Shown here piece after piece: positions 18,108-26,872 of a DNA stretch of 64,000 bases (positions within the stretch are counted from its first letter, which is position 1; each line of letters opens with the position of its first letter). The notes beneath the pieces are model-generated. The model saw nothing but the letters and a program-made list of their open reading frames with translations, was not told the DNA's origin and made no database searches. The translations under genes were made by a program, and so were the position numbers. Origin of the DNA: Thermoanaerobaculia bacterium (GTDB lineage: Bacteria; Acidobacteriota; Thermoanaerobaculia; Gp7-AA8); contig DASXHZ010000058.1 of NCBI GenBank assembly GCA_036488085.1, positions 122-64,121 on the forward strand, written 5' to 3'.

Positions 18108-18117
18108 AGATGAGCAG

Positions 18118-20199
18118 TTACTCCGCCGGCACGTACGTCGGGTCGAGCGAGGAGTTGTCGAGCACCGAGGCGTAGGCGGCGACGCGGCCGGTGCCGCCGG
18201 CGACTTCTACGGCGATGCGGGCGTTGTACATCTGGGTGCCGCTGCCGTAGGCCTGCTCGATGATGCGGTCGAACTTGTGGAACTCGTTGGGCTGGAGCGT
18301 GTAGTTCACGATCGCGGAGGTGCGGCCGTCGGGCGGGATGATGGTCAGCTTCACGGTCGTCTGGATGCCGCTCAGCTCCGTGATGCCGACGTTCGACCGG
18401 AACTGCGAGGACTGCTCGAGTTGCAGGAGTTGGAGCGGCTTGTCGCCGGCGCCGATTCCGGCGGCGGGGCTGACGCCGGGGATGAATTGGCCGAAGGTGC
18501 CGCTGTGGCTGTCGTAGCTGTACGTGCGGCCGGTGGCGACCAGCGATGAAGCGTTGCTTGTCGTCAGCAGGATCGACCCGCCGCCGTTGGTGACGTTGAA
18601 GAGCGACGGAAGGACGTTGTCGTACGCCTTCACCTGTCCCGCGCCGATTGTGATCGGGGCGACGGTGACCGGCGAGCCGCCCTGCGGGAAGAACGTCGGG
18701 GTGACGCTCACGCTCGTCGAACCGCCGTTGTAGATGCGCATGTCGGAATGGAAGTTGGAGAACGGCGAGACGATCTCCGCCATCCCCGGCACGATGTAGC
18801 GCGACGCGCTGACCTGCGATGCCTGAACGGGCATCACCGCGAGCGGATCGGCGGTGATGTTGTCGAGCACTGAGGCGTAGGCGGTGATGGCGCCGGTGGG
18901 GGAGTCGACGGTGATCTCGATGCGGCCGTCGTCGAGGTTCGCGATGCCGGCGACGTTCTTGATGAACTGGTTCATCTGCTGGTGCTCGCCGGGCTGGAGC
19001 GAGTAGGGGAGTTCCTTCAGCACGTTGCCGAGATCGTCGATGACGCGAATGCGGCCGCTTGCCGGCGTGCCGGAGCCTTCGACGAGCCCGAGGTTCGTGC
19101 GGAACTTCGCTGACTCGGCGACCTGCTGCAGGCTCAAGACGGCCGGCGCGGTCGTCGGCTGGCCGAAGATCGACGAGGTCGCGGGGCCGGCGAACTGCGC
19201 GAACGGAATCGCGCCGACGAACTGGCCGTATGTGCCGAGGGCCGTCGTGGCGAAGGTGCGGCTCGCGGCGTACGTGAGAGTCGACGAGTTGTTGATCGGA
19301 CGGATCTCGAGGGCGCCGATGTCATTGACGTCGCCGGTAGCGCCGTAGCCGAAGAAGTCCTTCGCGATGTCGTTGAGCGCAATGGTCTGGCCGCCGGCGA
19401 TGGTGAGGTTGGTGATCTTTCCGGTCTGCGTGCCGTCGCTACGCGTCGGCGTGAAGGTGATCTGGTAATTGACTGGCGAGGCGGCGGCGTTCGTGATGCG
19501 GACGTCCGACTGGAACGGCCCCGCGGCGCTGTTGACGTGCGTGACGACCGGGATGATCAGCGCGTTGCCGGGTGGCAGCGCCTTTCCGCCGAGCGCGACG
19601 GGCGTCACGAGGCTGACGGACACGGGCGTGTTGATCGGCGCGCCGTTGCTCGGCGTGACCGTGACCGTTCCGGTGTTCGCGCCGGGCGGCAGGTTCACCG
19701 GCTGGGCGGTGACGGTGAGCGTCGTTCCGCTCGGCGGCAGCGTGCCGCTCGCCGGCGTGACAGCGAGGAAGCTGCTATCGGTCGTGGCGGTGTAGCTGCT
19801 GCTGTCGAGCGCGGTTTTCGCGGTGGGGCCTGGGACGAAGATCTGGAACGTCACCGGCTTCGTCGATCCGAACGGAACCACCGTATCAACACTCTTCGAC
19901 GATGGCGGCGGAGGCGCCTGAACGACTGTATCGACGGTCGTCGAGAACGGGCCGGGCGCGCCGCCGCAATTCAGCGCATGGACGCGGTAGTAGTACGGCG
20001 TGTTCGCCGTGACGCTGTGCGTGAACGTGGTCGACGTTCCGCTGACGGCCTTCGACGTCACGTTCGCGGTGAAGTCGGCGCTCGTCGACTCATCGACCTG
20101 GTAGCTCGTCGGATCGGCGGTCGCGGTCCACGAGACGGTGTAGTCGATGCCGGACTGCGAGATCGGCGGCGTGCTGATGACCGGCGTGCAGGTCGGCAA
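18118..20199 (-). CDS. Large secreted repeat protein, C-terminal 693-aa reading frame (FN3-like domain plus repeated beta-sandwich modules)
   Basis: FN3-like DYTVSWTATADPTSYQVDESTSADF...YYYRVHALN. Repeated modules end ..AYASVLDN(I/S)(T/S)(A/L)DP. This frame stays open upstream of the TTG at 20199 to about 20,290 without a plausible start or signal peptide. Confidence 0.8.
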   Translation of the reverse strand: MPTCTPVISTPPISQSGIDYTVSWTATADPTSYQVDESTSADFTANVTSKAVSGTSTTFTHSVTANTPYYYRVHALNCGGAPGPFSTTVDTVVQAPPPPSSKSVDTVVPFGSTKPVTFQIFVPGPTAKTALDSSSYTATTDSSFLAVTPASGTLPPSGTTLTVTAQPVNLPPGANTGTVTVTPSNGAPINTPVSVSLVTPVALGGKALPPGNALIIPVVTHVNSAAGPFQSDVRITNAAASPVNYQITFTPTRSDGTQTGKITNLTIAGGQTIALNDIAKDFFGYGATGDVNDIGALEIRPINNSSTLTYAASRTFATTALGTYGQFVGAIPFAQFAGPATSSIFGQPTTAPAVLSLQQVAESAKFRTNLGLVEGSGTPASGRIRVIDDLGNVLKELPYSLQPGEHQQMNQFIKNVAGIANLDDGRIEITVDSPTGAITAYASVLDNITADPLAVMPVQASQVSASRYIVPGMAEIVSPFSNFHSDMRIYNGGSTSVSVTPTFFPQGGSPVTVAPITIGAGQVKAYDNVLPSLFNVTNGGGSILLTTSNASSLVATGRTYSYDSHSGTFGQFIPGVSPAAGIGAGDKPLQLLQLEQSSQFRSNVGITELSGIQTTVKLTIIPPDGRTSAIVNYTLQPNEFHKFDRIIEQAYGSGTQMYNARIAVEVAGGTGRVAAYASVLDNSSLDPTYVPAE

Positions 20200-20289
20200 C
20201 GCGCCGTTCGCGAACGCGTAGACGAAGTTGAAGTCGCCGTTCGGATCGCTCTGGTCGAGCCATTCCGTGAAGCCAATGATCGGCAGGGT

Positions 20290-20690
20290 GCGGGCGCGCC
20301 GGCGCCCGGCATCACCTGCACGCTTGTCGTCAACGTCCCGCCCGGCGCGATGGACGATGCGCCGAAGCAGAGGACGAAGCTCTCGGTGGTGTCCGCCGGA
20401 TCGTCAGCGGAGTTGAAGCAATCCTCGGTGGTCGGAAGTCCAGAGTTGAAGTTCGTCACCGCGGCCTGCTGCGGCGGCACCTCCACGGTGTATCCGGTGA
20501 AGAAGAGGGCGCTGCAGACATTGCTCCCGTTGTTCATCGTCGTCGACGTGCACGTCGTCGCCTGTCCGGAGTGGAGCGTCGGGCAGGAGACCGTGATGGT
20601 CAGATCGCAGGTGGCGGCGTGGACGGCGAGGGGAGAGGCGAGGAGAACGAGAGAGAGAAACCACCGTGGAAGGGACCGTGCGCGGGACAA
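20290..20690 (-). CDS. N-terminal, signal-peptide-bearing part of the same secreted protein, in a different frame (frameshift or split gene)
   Basis: TTG at 20690 lies 9 nt after AGGAGG. Signal peptide MSRARSLPRWFLSLVLLASPLAVHA. Sequence is protein-like to ..TSVQVMPGAGAPAP, then turns into an Arg/Ser-rich out-of-frame tail (the track ORF runs to 20058). Confidence 0.65.
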
Positions 20691-20733
20691 GGGGATCAGC
20701 CTCCTGATGAAGTTGGATGGGATTCTATCAAAG

Positions 20734-20866
20734 GTTATTCGTTACTCGTTATCCGTTATCCGTTATCCGTTATCCGTTATCCGTTATCCGTTATCCGTTA
20801 TCCGTTATCCGTTATCCGTTATCCGGTCATCCGTCGAGTAACGAATCACGAGTAACGAGTAACGAT
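20734..20866. repeat. Heptanucleotide microsatellite (GTTATCC)x11 with degenerate flanks and GAGTAAC repeats (family 1)
   Basis: Eleven perfect GTTATCC units at 20748-20824. GTTATTC and GTTACTC precede them. GGTCATCCGTCGAGTAACGAATCACGAGTAACGAGTAACG follows them. Confidence 0.9.
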
Positions 20867-21609
20867 CTACCGATGCGGTCGAACTCGGGCAGCCCCAACT
20901 CCTCGGCGCGGGCGTTCTCAGCGATGCCGGCGCTCTGCATTGCGGCCAGGACTTCTTGGCGCGGCCATTCGGTCAAGTTGTTGACCAGTTTCTTTCGCCG
21001 CATGCGGAAGGACGCGCTGATGAGACGGAGGAGCTCGTCTCGGTCGCATTCGATCTGGGGCGGCAAGGGATCGAGTACCACGACCGCGCTCCGCACCTTT
21101 GGAGGGGGGTAGAACGAGCGCGGGTCGAGCGTCATGAGAATGCGCGCGCTCGCGTAGAGCTGCCGGTAGAGCGTGAGGTATCCGTACTGCTCGTCGCGCG
21201 GCTTGGCGACGAGGCGGTCGGCGACTTCCTTTTGCAGCATGAAGACGGCGCGTTTGCAGCGCGGATCGGCGATGACGCGGCGCAGGATCGGCGTGCCTAC
21301 GTTGTAGGGAAGGTTGCCGACGGCGCGGAATGGTGTCTCCGGCAGCGGCGCCTCGAGCGCGTCTTCGTTGCGAACGGCGACAAGATCGCCGAGGCGTGAT
21401 TGGAGAGCCGTGGTGAGTTCGGGATCGATCTCGATCGCGGTTACCGGCACGCCGAGGGTGGCGAGCTTTTCGGTGAGGACGCCTTCACCGGGGCCGATCT
21501 CGAGGATCGTCTCGCCCGCCTCCGGCTCGATCGCGGCGACGATCCGGTCGACCGCGCTGCGGTTGCGCAGGAAGTTCTGCCCCCACTTTTTCTTCGGGTG
21601 CGGCGCCAT
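20827..21609 (-). CDS. rsmA: 16S rRNA (adenine1518/1519-N6)-dimethyltransferase
   Basis: MAPHPKKKWGQNFLRNRSAVDRIV...ILEIGPGEGVLTEKL (SAM-binding), GNLPYNVGTPIL. Confidence 0.9.
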   Translation of the reverse strand: MAPHPKKKWGQNFLRNRSAVDRIVAAIEPEAGETILEIGPGEGVLTEKLATLGVPVTAIEIDPELTTALQSRLGDLVAVRNEDALEAPLPETPFRAVGNLPYNVGTPILRRVIADPRCKRAVFMLQKEVADRLVAKPRDEQYGYLTLYRQLYASARILMTLDPRSFYPPPKVRSAVVVLDPLPPQIECDRDELLRLISASFRMRRKKLVNNLTEWPRQEVLAAMQSAGIAENARAEELGLPEFDRIGRSLLVTRDSLLDG

Positions 21610-21666
21610 TGTTTTTCGCGGTTTCCGCTACACAGAAACCGCGGTGCGCAGTTTAGACTCTGCGCG

Positions 21667-22614
21667 ATGGTGGAACAGACCGAAGCACAGGAAACGATCG
21701 CGAAGTTGCGGCAGGAGGTCTCGCGCGTCGTCGTCGGCCAGAGCATGATCGTCGATCGGCTCGTCATCGCGCTTCTCGTCCGCGGGCATGTCCTGGTCGA
21801 GGGGTTGCCGGGTCTCGCGAAGACGCTGCTCGTCAAGACACTCGCCTCCGCGATCGCCGGCACGTTCAAGCGCGTCCAGTTCACGCCGGACCTGCTGCCG
21901 GCCGACATCACCGGCACCTTGATCTTCAATCCCGACGCGCGGACGTTCGCGCCGCGGTTCGGACCGATCTTCGCGAACCTGGTGCTCGCGGACGAGATCA
22001 ACCGCGCTCCGGCGAAAGTCCAAAGCGCCTTGCTCGAGGCGATGCAGGAGCGGCAGGTGACGATCGGCGACACGTCGTACAAACTGCCCGATCCGTTCGT
22101 CGTGATCGCGACGCAGAACCCGATCGAGCACGAGGGGACGTACGCGCTCCCCGAGGCGCAGGTCGATCGTTTCGTCATGAAGCTAAGGGTCGACTACCCG
22201 ACAACGGAGGAAGAGCTACGGATGCTCGGGATGTACCTCGATCCGACACGCGAGGCGATCGCGGTCCGTCCGGTGATCGCGCTCGACGCGGTGAACGCGG
22301 TGGGACAGCTCGCCGCGAAAGTGCACGTAGACGAGCGCATCGGCCGGTACATCGTCGCGCTGGTCGCGAAGACGCGCGAGCCGTCGCCGCACGTCTCGTT
22401 CGGCGCGTCGCCACGTGCCACGCTCGCGCTGGCGCACGTCGCCAAGGCGCATGCGTTCATCGGCGGCCGCGCGTTCGTCGTCCCCGAGGATGTGAAGGCG
22501 ATCGCGCACGACGTGTTGCGCCACCGGCTCGTCCTCAGCTACGAGGCGGCGGCCGAAAGCGTGACCGCCGACCGGATCGTCGAACAGGTGTTGAGCGCCG
22601 TCCCCGTGCCGTGA
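21667..22614 (+). CDS. MoxR-like AAA+ ATPase
   Basis: ATG at 21667 (MVEQTEAQ). Walker A GLPGLAKT and Walker B VLADEINRA. First gene of the Bat-type operon. Confidence 0.9.
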   Translation: MVEQTEAQETIAKLRQEVSRVVVGQSMIVDRLVIALLVRGHVLVEGLPGLAKTLLVKTLASAIAGTFKRVQFTPDLLPADITGTLIFNPDARTFAPRFGPIFANLVLADEINRAPAKVQSALLEAMQERQVTIGDTSYKLPDPFVVIATQNPIEHEGTYALPEAQVDRFVMKLRVDYPTTEEELRMLGMYLDPTREAIAVRPVIALDAVNAVGQLAAKVHVDERIGRYIVALVAKTREPSPHVSFGASPRATLALAHVAKAHAFIGGRAFVVPEDVKAIAHDVLRHRLVLSYEAAAESVTADRIVEQVLSAVPVP

Positions 22615-23507
22615 ACTTCAAACGAAAGCCGCCGGAATACCGCCACCCCCTCCAGCGCCGCGTGCGCGAGCTCGAGATCGTGTCGGCGCGGCTGATTCGC
22701 GCGGGGTTCGCGGGCGACTACCACTCCGCGTTCCATGGGCGCGGCATCGAGTTCTCGCAGGTGCGCGAGTATCTGCAGGGCGACGACATCCGGGCCATCG
22801 ACTGGAACGTGACCGCGCGGAGCGGCGTGCCGCATGTGAAGGAGTTCATCGAGGAACGGGACCTGACCATTCTCGTCGCGGTCGACGTGTCCGGCTCGAT
22901 GGCGTTCGGCTCCATCGACTGGCGGAAGATCGACATCGCGGCGGAGCTGGCGGCGGTGTTCGCATTCTCGGCAGTGCAGAACTCCGACCGCGTCGGCCTG
23001 CTGCTATTCGCTGACACCGTGCGGACGTTCCTTCCGCCGCGCCGCGGGCGTGCGCACGCGCAGGTGCTCGTGCGCGGCGCCGTCGACGCGGCGATGCGCG
23101 GCTGTTCCGGACGCGCGGACTTTGACGCCGCGGTGATGTTCCTCGACCGCGTCGCGACGAAGCGCGCAGTCGTCATCGTGATCTCCGACTTCCTGGAGGC
23201 CGATTTCGAGAGACCACTGCGACGGCTCAACCGGCGGCACGACGTTGTCGCGATCACTCTAGGCGATCCGCGGGAGGAGCGATTCCCGGACCAAGGGATC
23301 GTGCGCCTCGTCGACTCGGAGTCGGGCGAGGCACGCGCCGTCGACCTTCGTAAGAGCGAGATCGGGCGCCGCGCGACGATGCGGCGGCAGACGGTCACGC
23401 GCCGCTTCGTGCAGTCCGGGGTCGATCACCTGCAGCTCTCCACCGCCGTCCCGTATGACCGCGATCTCCTCCGCTTCTTCCGCGAACGGGTGGTGCGGCG
23501 GCGATGA
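22611..23507 (+). CDS. DUF58 (vWA-like) protein
   Basis: 4-bp overlap with MoxR. Blocks GRGIEFSQVREYLQGDDIRAIDWNVTAR and VAVDVSGSM, the usual MoxR partner. Confidence 0.85.
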   Translation: MNFKRKPPEYRHPLQRRVRELEIVSARLIRAGFAGDYHSAFHGRGIEFSQVREYLQGDDIRAIDWNVTARSGVPHVKEFIEERDLTILVAVDVSGSMAFGSIDWRKIDIAAELAAVFAFSAVQNSDRVGLLLFADTVRTFLPPRRGRAHAQVLVRGAVDAAMRGCSGRADFDAAVMFLDRVATKRAVVIVISDFLEADFERPLRRLNRRHDVVAITLGDPREERFPDQGIVRLVDSESGEARAVDLRKSEIGRRATMRRQTVTRRFVQSGVDHLQLSTAVPYDRDLLRFFRERVVRRR

Positions 23508-24220
23508 TCTCCGCGACGTTTCATCCGGCGAAGCCGGCGGTCGGCGACCTGATCTCGATCGACTTCCCGAAGCCGGTGACGCTCGATGCCTCACCGTCGT
23601 TCGAGGTCGTCTCGCACAACGGCGCGCATTACGTCATCCGGACGTTCGAGCCGAAGCCGATCGCGCTGACCGGTGTCCTGACCGGTGTCGCGGGCGACGT
23701 CCGTTTCCGCGGTCTCACCGTCCCCGTTCGTTCCGTCCTCGGCGCCAAAGACGCGCAGACGCCGTCGCCGCTCAAGCCGCCGCATCCGCTGCCATCTCCT
23801 GCGCTGCCGCTGATCCTCATCGGCGCGGCGCTCCTCGCTGCGATCGCGGCGTGGGCCATCGTCTGGTTCCGCGCGCGGCGCCGCCGCGTCGTCGCGCAGC
23901 CGGTGCTCGCGCCCGCCGACCAGTTCCGCGCCGCCGTCGTGGCCGCGAGTACATCGTCCCAACGATGGGCATCGCTCGCCGACGCCCTGCGCGTATACCT
24001 GGCGCAGCGCGGATACGGGGCGGAGCTGACGACGTCGCAACTCCTCCCGCTCCTGCCGCGCGAGCACGAGCTCATCGCCGACATCCTGCAGCGCGGCGAC
24101 TACGAGAAGTTCTCGCCATGGGGCGAGCCGAAGGGCGACTTCGACGCCGTCGCCGCGCGGGCACCGGCGATTCTCGATGCATATGAGCCGCGAGTCCTCG
24201 AAGAGGAGCAAGCCGCATGA
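23504..24220 (+). CDS. Membrane protein of the Bat operon (DUF4381-like)
   Basis: 4-bp overlaps on both sides. Single TM LPLILIGAALLAAIAAWAIVWF followed by RARRRR. Confidence 0.7.
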   Translation: MISATFHPAKPAVGDLISIDFPKPVTLDASPSFEVVSHNGAHYVIRTFEPKPIALTGVLTGVAGDVRFRGLTVPVRSVLGAKDAQTPSPLKPPHPLPSPALPLILIGAALLAAIAAWAIVWFRARRRRVVAQPVLAPADQFRAAVVAASTSSQRWASLADALRVYLAQRGYGAELTTSQLLPLLPREHELIADILQRGDYEKFSPWGEPKGDFDAVAARAPAILDAYEPRVLEEEQAA

Positions 24221-25224
24221 TCCGCCTCGGGTCGCCGTGGTGGCTCCTCCTCGCGCTCGCGGTGATCGTGCGCATCGTTCTACTGCTCCTCGATCGCCGG
24301 AAGCGCACCGGAGCGTTCGCGTTCTCGTCGCTCTCGCTGGTTCGCGAAGGCGGATCCGTCCGCACCGGACTCGCAAGCTTCCCGTTTCTCCTCGAATGCG
24401 CGGCGATGCTGTTGTTGGTCGTAGCGCTCGCACGGCCGCAGCGCGTCACGCGGATGGCGACCAGCGATCGGTACGGCATCGACATCGTCGTCTGCCTCGA
24501 CAGCTCCGGGTCGATGGCGGCGGAGGACTTCCGGCCGCGCAATCGGTTCTCGGTGGCGAAGGAGCTGATCGGCGACTTCATTGCGAAGCGGCAGAACGAC
24601 CGCATTGGCATCGTGACGTTCGGCGTGCGGGCGGTGACGCGCGTCCCGATCACGTTCGACCGCGAGATCGCGCAGGCCATCCTCGACAAGGCTGACGTGG
24701 GGGAGAACGGCGACGGCACTGCGATCGGCCACGCGATCGCGACCGCGGTCAATCGCCTGCGCACGTCGCGGTCGCGGAGCCGCGTCATCATCCTCGTCAC
24801 CGACGGCGTGAACAATTCCGGCTCGATCGATCCGCTCGTCGCGGCGCAGCTCGCGGCGAAGTTCGGCATCAAGATCTACACAATCGGCGTCGGAAGCGAG
24901 GGAGCGGTTCCGTTGCCGTTGAAGCGCCAGAATCCGCTCACCGGCGAGATCGAGACGTTCTACACGACGATCCGCGGCGAGCTCGATGAGAAGTCGCTCG
25001 CCGAAATCGCACGCGTCACCGGCGGCGCGTTCTTCCGCGCCACCGACGCCCGCGCGATGCAAGACGTTCTCGGGCGTATCGACACGCTCGAGAAGTCGCG
25101 CCTCACGGCGCCGAAGAGCGAGAAGATCGAAGAGCTCTACCCGGAGCCTCTCTCGCTCGCACTCGCCATCCTCGCGCTCGCGTTGCTCGCGGGCGAAACC
25201 GTATTCATGAGGGTCCCGGCGTGA
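24217..25224 (+). CDS. batA: vWA-domain membrane protein BatA
   Basis: N-terminal TMs, MIDAS CLDSSGSM and LVTDGVNNSG, plus a C-terminal TM. Confidence 0.85.
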   Translation: MIRLGSPWWLLLALAVIVRIVLLLLDRRKRTGAFAFSSLSLVREGGSVRTGLASFPFLLECAAMLLLVVALARPQRVTRMATSDRYGIDIVVCLDSSGSMAAEDFRPRNRFSVAKELIGDFIAKRQNDRIGIVTFGVRAVTRVPITFDREIAQAILDKADVGENGDGTAIGHAIATAVNRLRTSRSRSRVIILVTDGVNNSGSIDPLVAAQLAAKFGIKIYTIGVGSEGAVPLPLKRQNPLTGEIETFYTTIRGELDEKSLAEIARVTGGAFFRATDARAMQDVLGRIDTLEKSRLTAPKSEKIEELYPEPLSLALAILALALLAGETVFMRVPA

Positions 25225-26177
25225 CGTTCCGCGACCTCAAATGGCTCTGGCTTCTCGCGGCGATTCCGGTCGCGGCGCTGTTCCTTCTCTCACGCGAGAA
25301 AGTACGCGAGCGCATCGCACGGCGGTTCGTGAGCGACCGGTTGCGCGGCGGCGGCAGTCCGGTGCGTCCGCTGCGCCCGTGGCTGATCGCATTCGGTCTG
25401 GCGCTCGCGGTCTTCGCGCTGGCCGGCCCGTCGCGCGGCTTCGTCAGCGTCCCGTTTCAGGACCGCGAGGCGAACCGCGTCGTGGCGATCGACGTCTCGA
25501 ACAGCATGCTGGCGCAGGACGTCGGCACTTCGCGGCTCGGCGCCGGAAAGGCGATCGCGCGGCGCATCATCGACGCGTTCCCCGGCCGCGTCGCCCTCGT
25601 CGACTTCGAGATGAGTGCCGAAGTCGTCTCGCCGCTGACGAACGACAGCGACGCGGTTTCGGACCTCCTCGAGAGCATCGAGGCAGGCGAAGTCGGCGAT
25701 CCAGGAACCGACTTCGGCAACGCCATCATCCAGTCGATGCGCCTCGTCGAGAGCGATCCCGGTGCCAAAGCCGACATCGTCATCATCAGCGACGGCGAGG
25801 AGCAAGGGAGCAAGCTCGCCGAGGCGTTGCGGAGCGCGAAGCAACACGGCGTCGTCGTTTCGACCATCCTGGTCGGGAGCGGCGAGGGGGCCGCGATTCC
25901 GATGCCGGACGGCAGCTCGCTCCGCGACGACAACGGACATGTCGTCACGACGTACGCGCACCGCGAAACGCTGCTGCAGATCGCGAGCGCCACCGGCGGC
26001 ACGTTCCTCGAGAACCCATTCGCCGAGCACGCGCTCGATCCGCTTCTCGCCGTCCGCGCCGGCGGTGCGACGAAGCAACGAACGGTGCAGATACCGGTCG
26101 ATCGCTACCAGTGGCCGCTGGCGCTCGCCTTCGTTGCCCTCTTCCTCGGCTCGATCGCGCACCGAGGGGCCGAATGA
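25221..26177 (+). CDS. batB: vWA-domain membrane protein BatB
   Basis: VAIDVSNSM and IISDGEEQG, with TM segments at both ends. 4-bp overlaps on both sides. Confidence 0.85.
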   Translation: MTFRDLKWLWLLAAIPVAALFLLSREKVRERIARRFVSDRLRGGGSPVRPLRPWLIAFGLALAVFALAGPSRGFVSVPFQDREANRVVAIDVSNSMLAQDVGTSRLGAGKAIARRIIDAFPGRVALVDFEMSAEVVSPLTNDSDAVSDLLESIEAGEVGDPGTDFGNAIIQSMRLVESDPGAKADIVIISDGEEQGSKLAEALRSAKQHGVVVSTILVGSGEGAAIPMPDGSSLRDDNGHVVTTYAHRETLLQIASATGGTFLENPFAEHALDPLLAVRAGGATKQRTVQIPVDRYQWPLALAFVALFLGSIAHRGAE

Positions 26178-26872
26178 ATACAAATTCAAAATTCAAAATT
26201 CAAAATGCAAAATTGACTTCGCTCCTTTTTGCATTTTGCATTTTGAATTTTGCATTCGGCGCGGCTGCGTCCGGCCGCTTCCTCGCCGACACGAACTCCC
26301 ACACCGCGACGGCGAAGGGCATCAAGGCGTTCAGCGCGAAACAGTACGGTCCGGCCGCGCAAGCTTTCGCAAAGGCCAACTCGTACGCGCAGAGTCCCAC
26401 GACCCTCTACAACCTCGGCACCGCGGAGATTGCGGCGGGCAAGCGCGAAGAGGGATCGGCAGCGCTGACCGCGGCGATGAAGGACAAATCGCTGCGCGCC
26501 GACGCGCTCTACAACCGCGGCAACAGCGCCCTCGCGGCCAATTCGTACGACTACGCCATCCGCGACTACGTCGACGCGCTGAAGATCCGCCCGAGCGATC
26601 TCGCGACGAAGCGCAACCTCGAGATCGCAATCAGCCGGAAGATGCAGGCGCAGCAGTCTCAGAGCGGGCAGCAGAAAAATCCGAACGGCTCGAGCCCGCA
26701 GCAACAACAGAAGAACCAACAGAAGACCCCCAGCGCCGGGCAGCAACGACAGCGGCAGCCGCAGCAGGACGCGAACGCCGAGGCGCTGCTGCGGGCCGTG
26801 CAACAGCAGGAGCAGGAAGAGCTTCAGCGGATGAAACGTGTGCGCGCGCAGAAGGGAAGAGTGGGTTGGTGA
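26174..26872 (+). CDS. batC: TPR protein BatC
   Basis: ATG at 26174 overlaps the batB stop (ATGA). TPR-like YNLGTAEIAAGKREEG..YNRGNSALAANSYDYAIRDY and a Gln-rich tail. The N-terminus is encoded by an AT-rich palindromic element. Confidence 0.8.
   Translation: MNTNSKFKIQNAKLTSLLFAFCILNFAFGAAASGRFLADTNSHTATAKGIKAFSAKQYGPAAQAFAKANSYAQSPTTLYNLGTAEIAAGKREEGSAALTAAMKDKSLRADALYNRGNSALAANSYDYAIRDYVDALKIRPSDLATKRNLEIAISRKMQAQQSQSGQQKNPNGSSPQQQQKNQQKTPSAGQQRQRQPQQDANAEALLRAVQQQEQEELQRMKRVRAQKGRVGW
26181..26257. repeat. AT-rich palindromic element (family 2), copy 1
   Basis: CAAATTCAAAATTCAAAATTCAAAATGCAAAATTG ... TTTTTGCATTTTGCATTTTGAATTTTGCATTC. The arms are reverse complements. It stands out against the high-GC background. 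Confidence 0.9.

Noticed and set aside
20571-21112. ORFs translating the heptad array as VIRYPLSVIRYPLS (94 and 131 aa)
   Set aside because: They are products of the (GTTATCC)n microsatellite and are antisense to rsmA. They have no start context or protein-like flanks.
25241-26173. Long upstream parts of the 543-aa and 897-aa plus-strand ORFs overlapping batB
   Set aside because: These are alternative frames of batB with Arg-rich composition. The real batC and batD start at the ATGA/GTGA overlaps (26174 and 26869).
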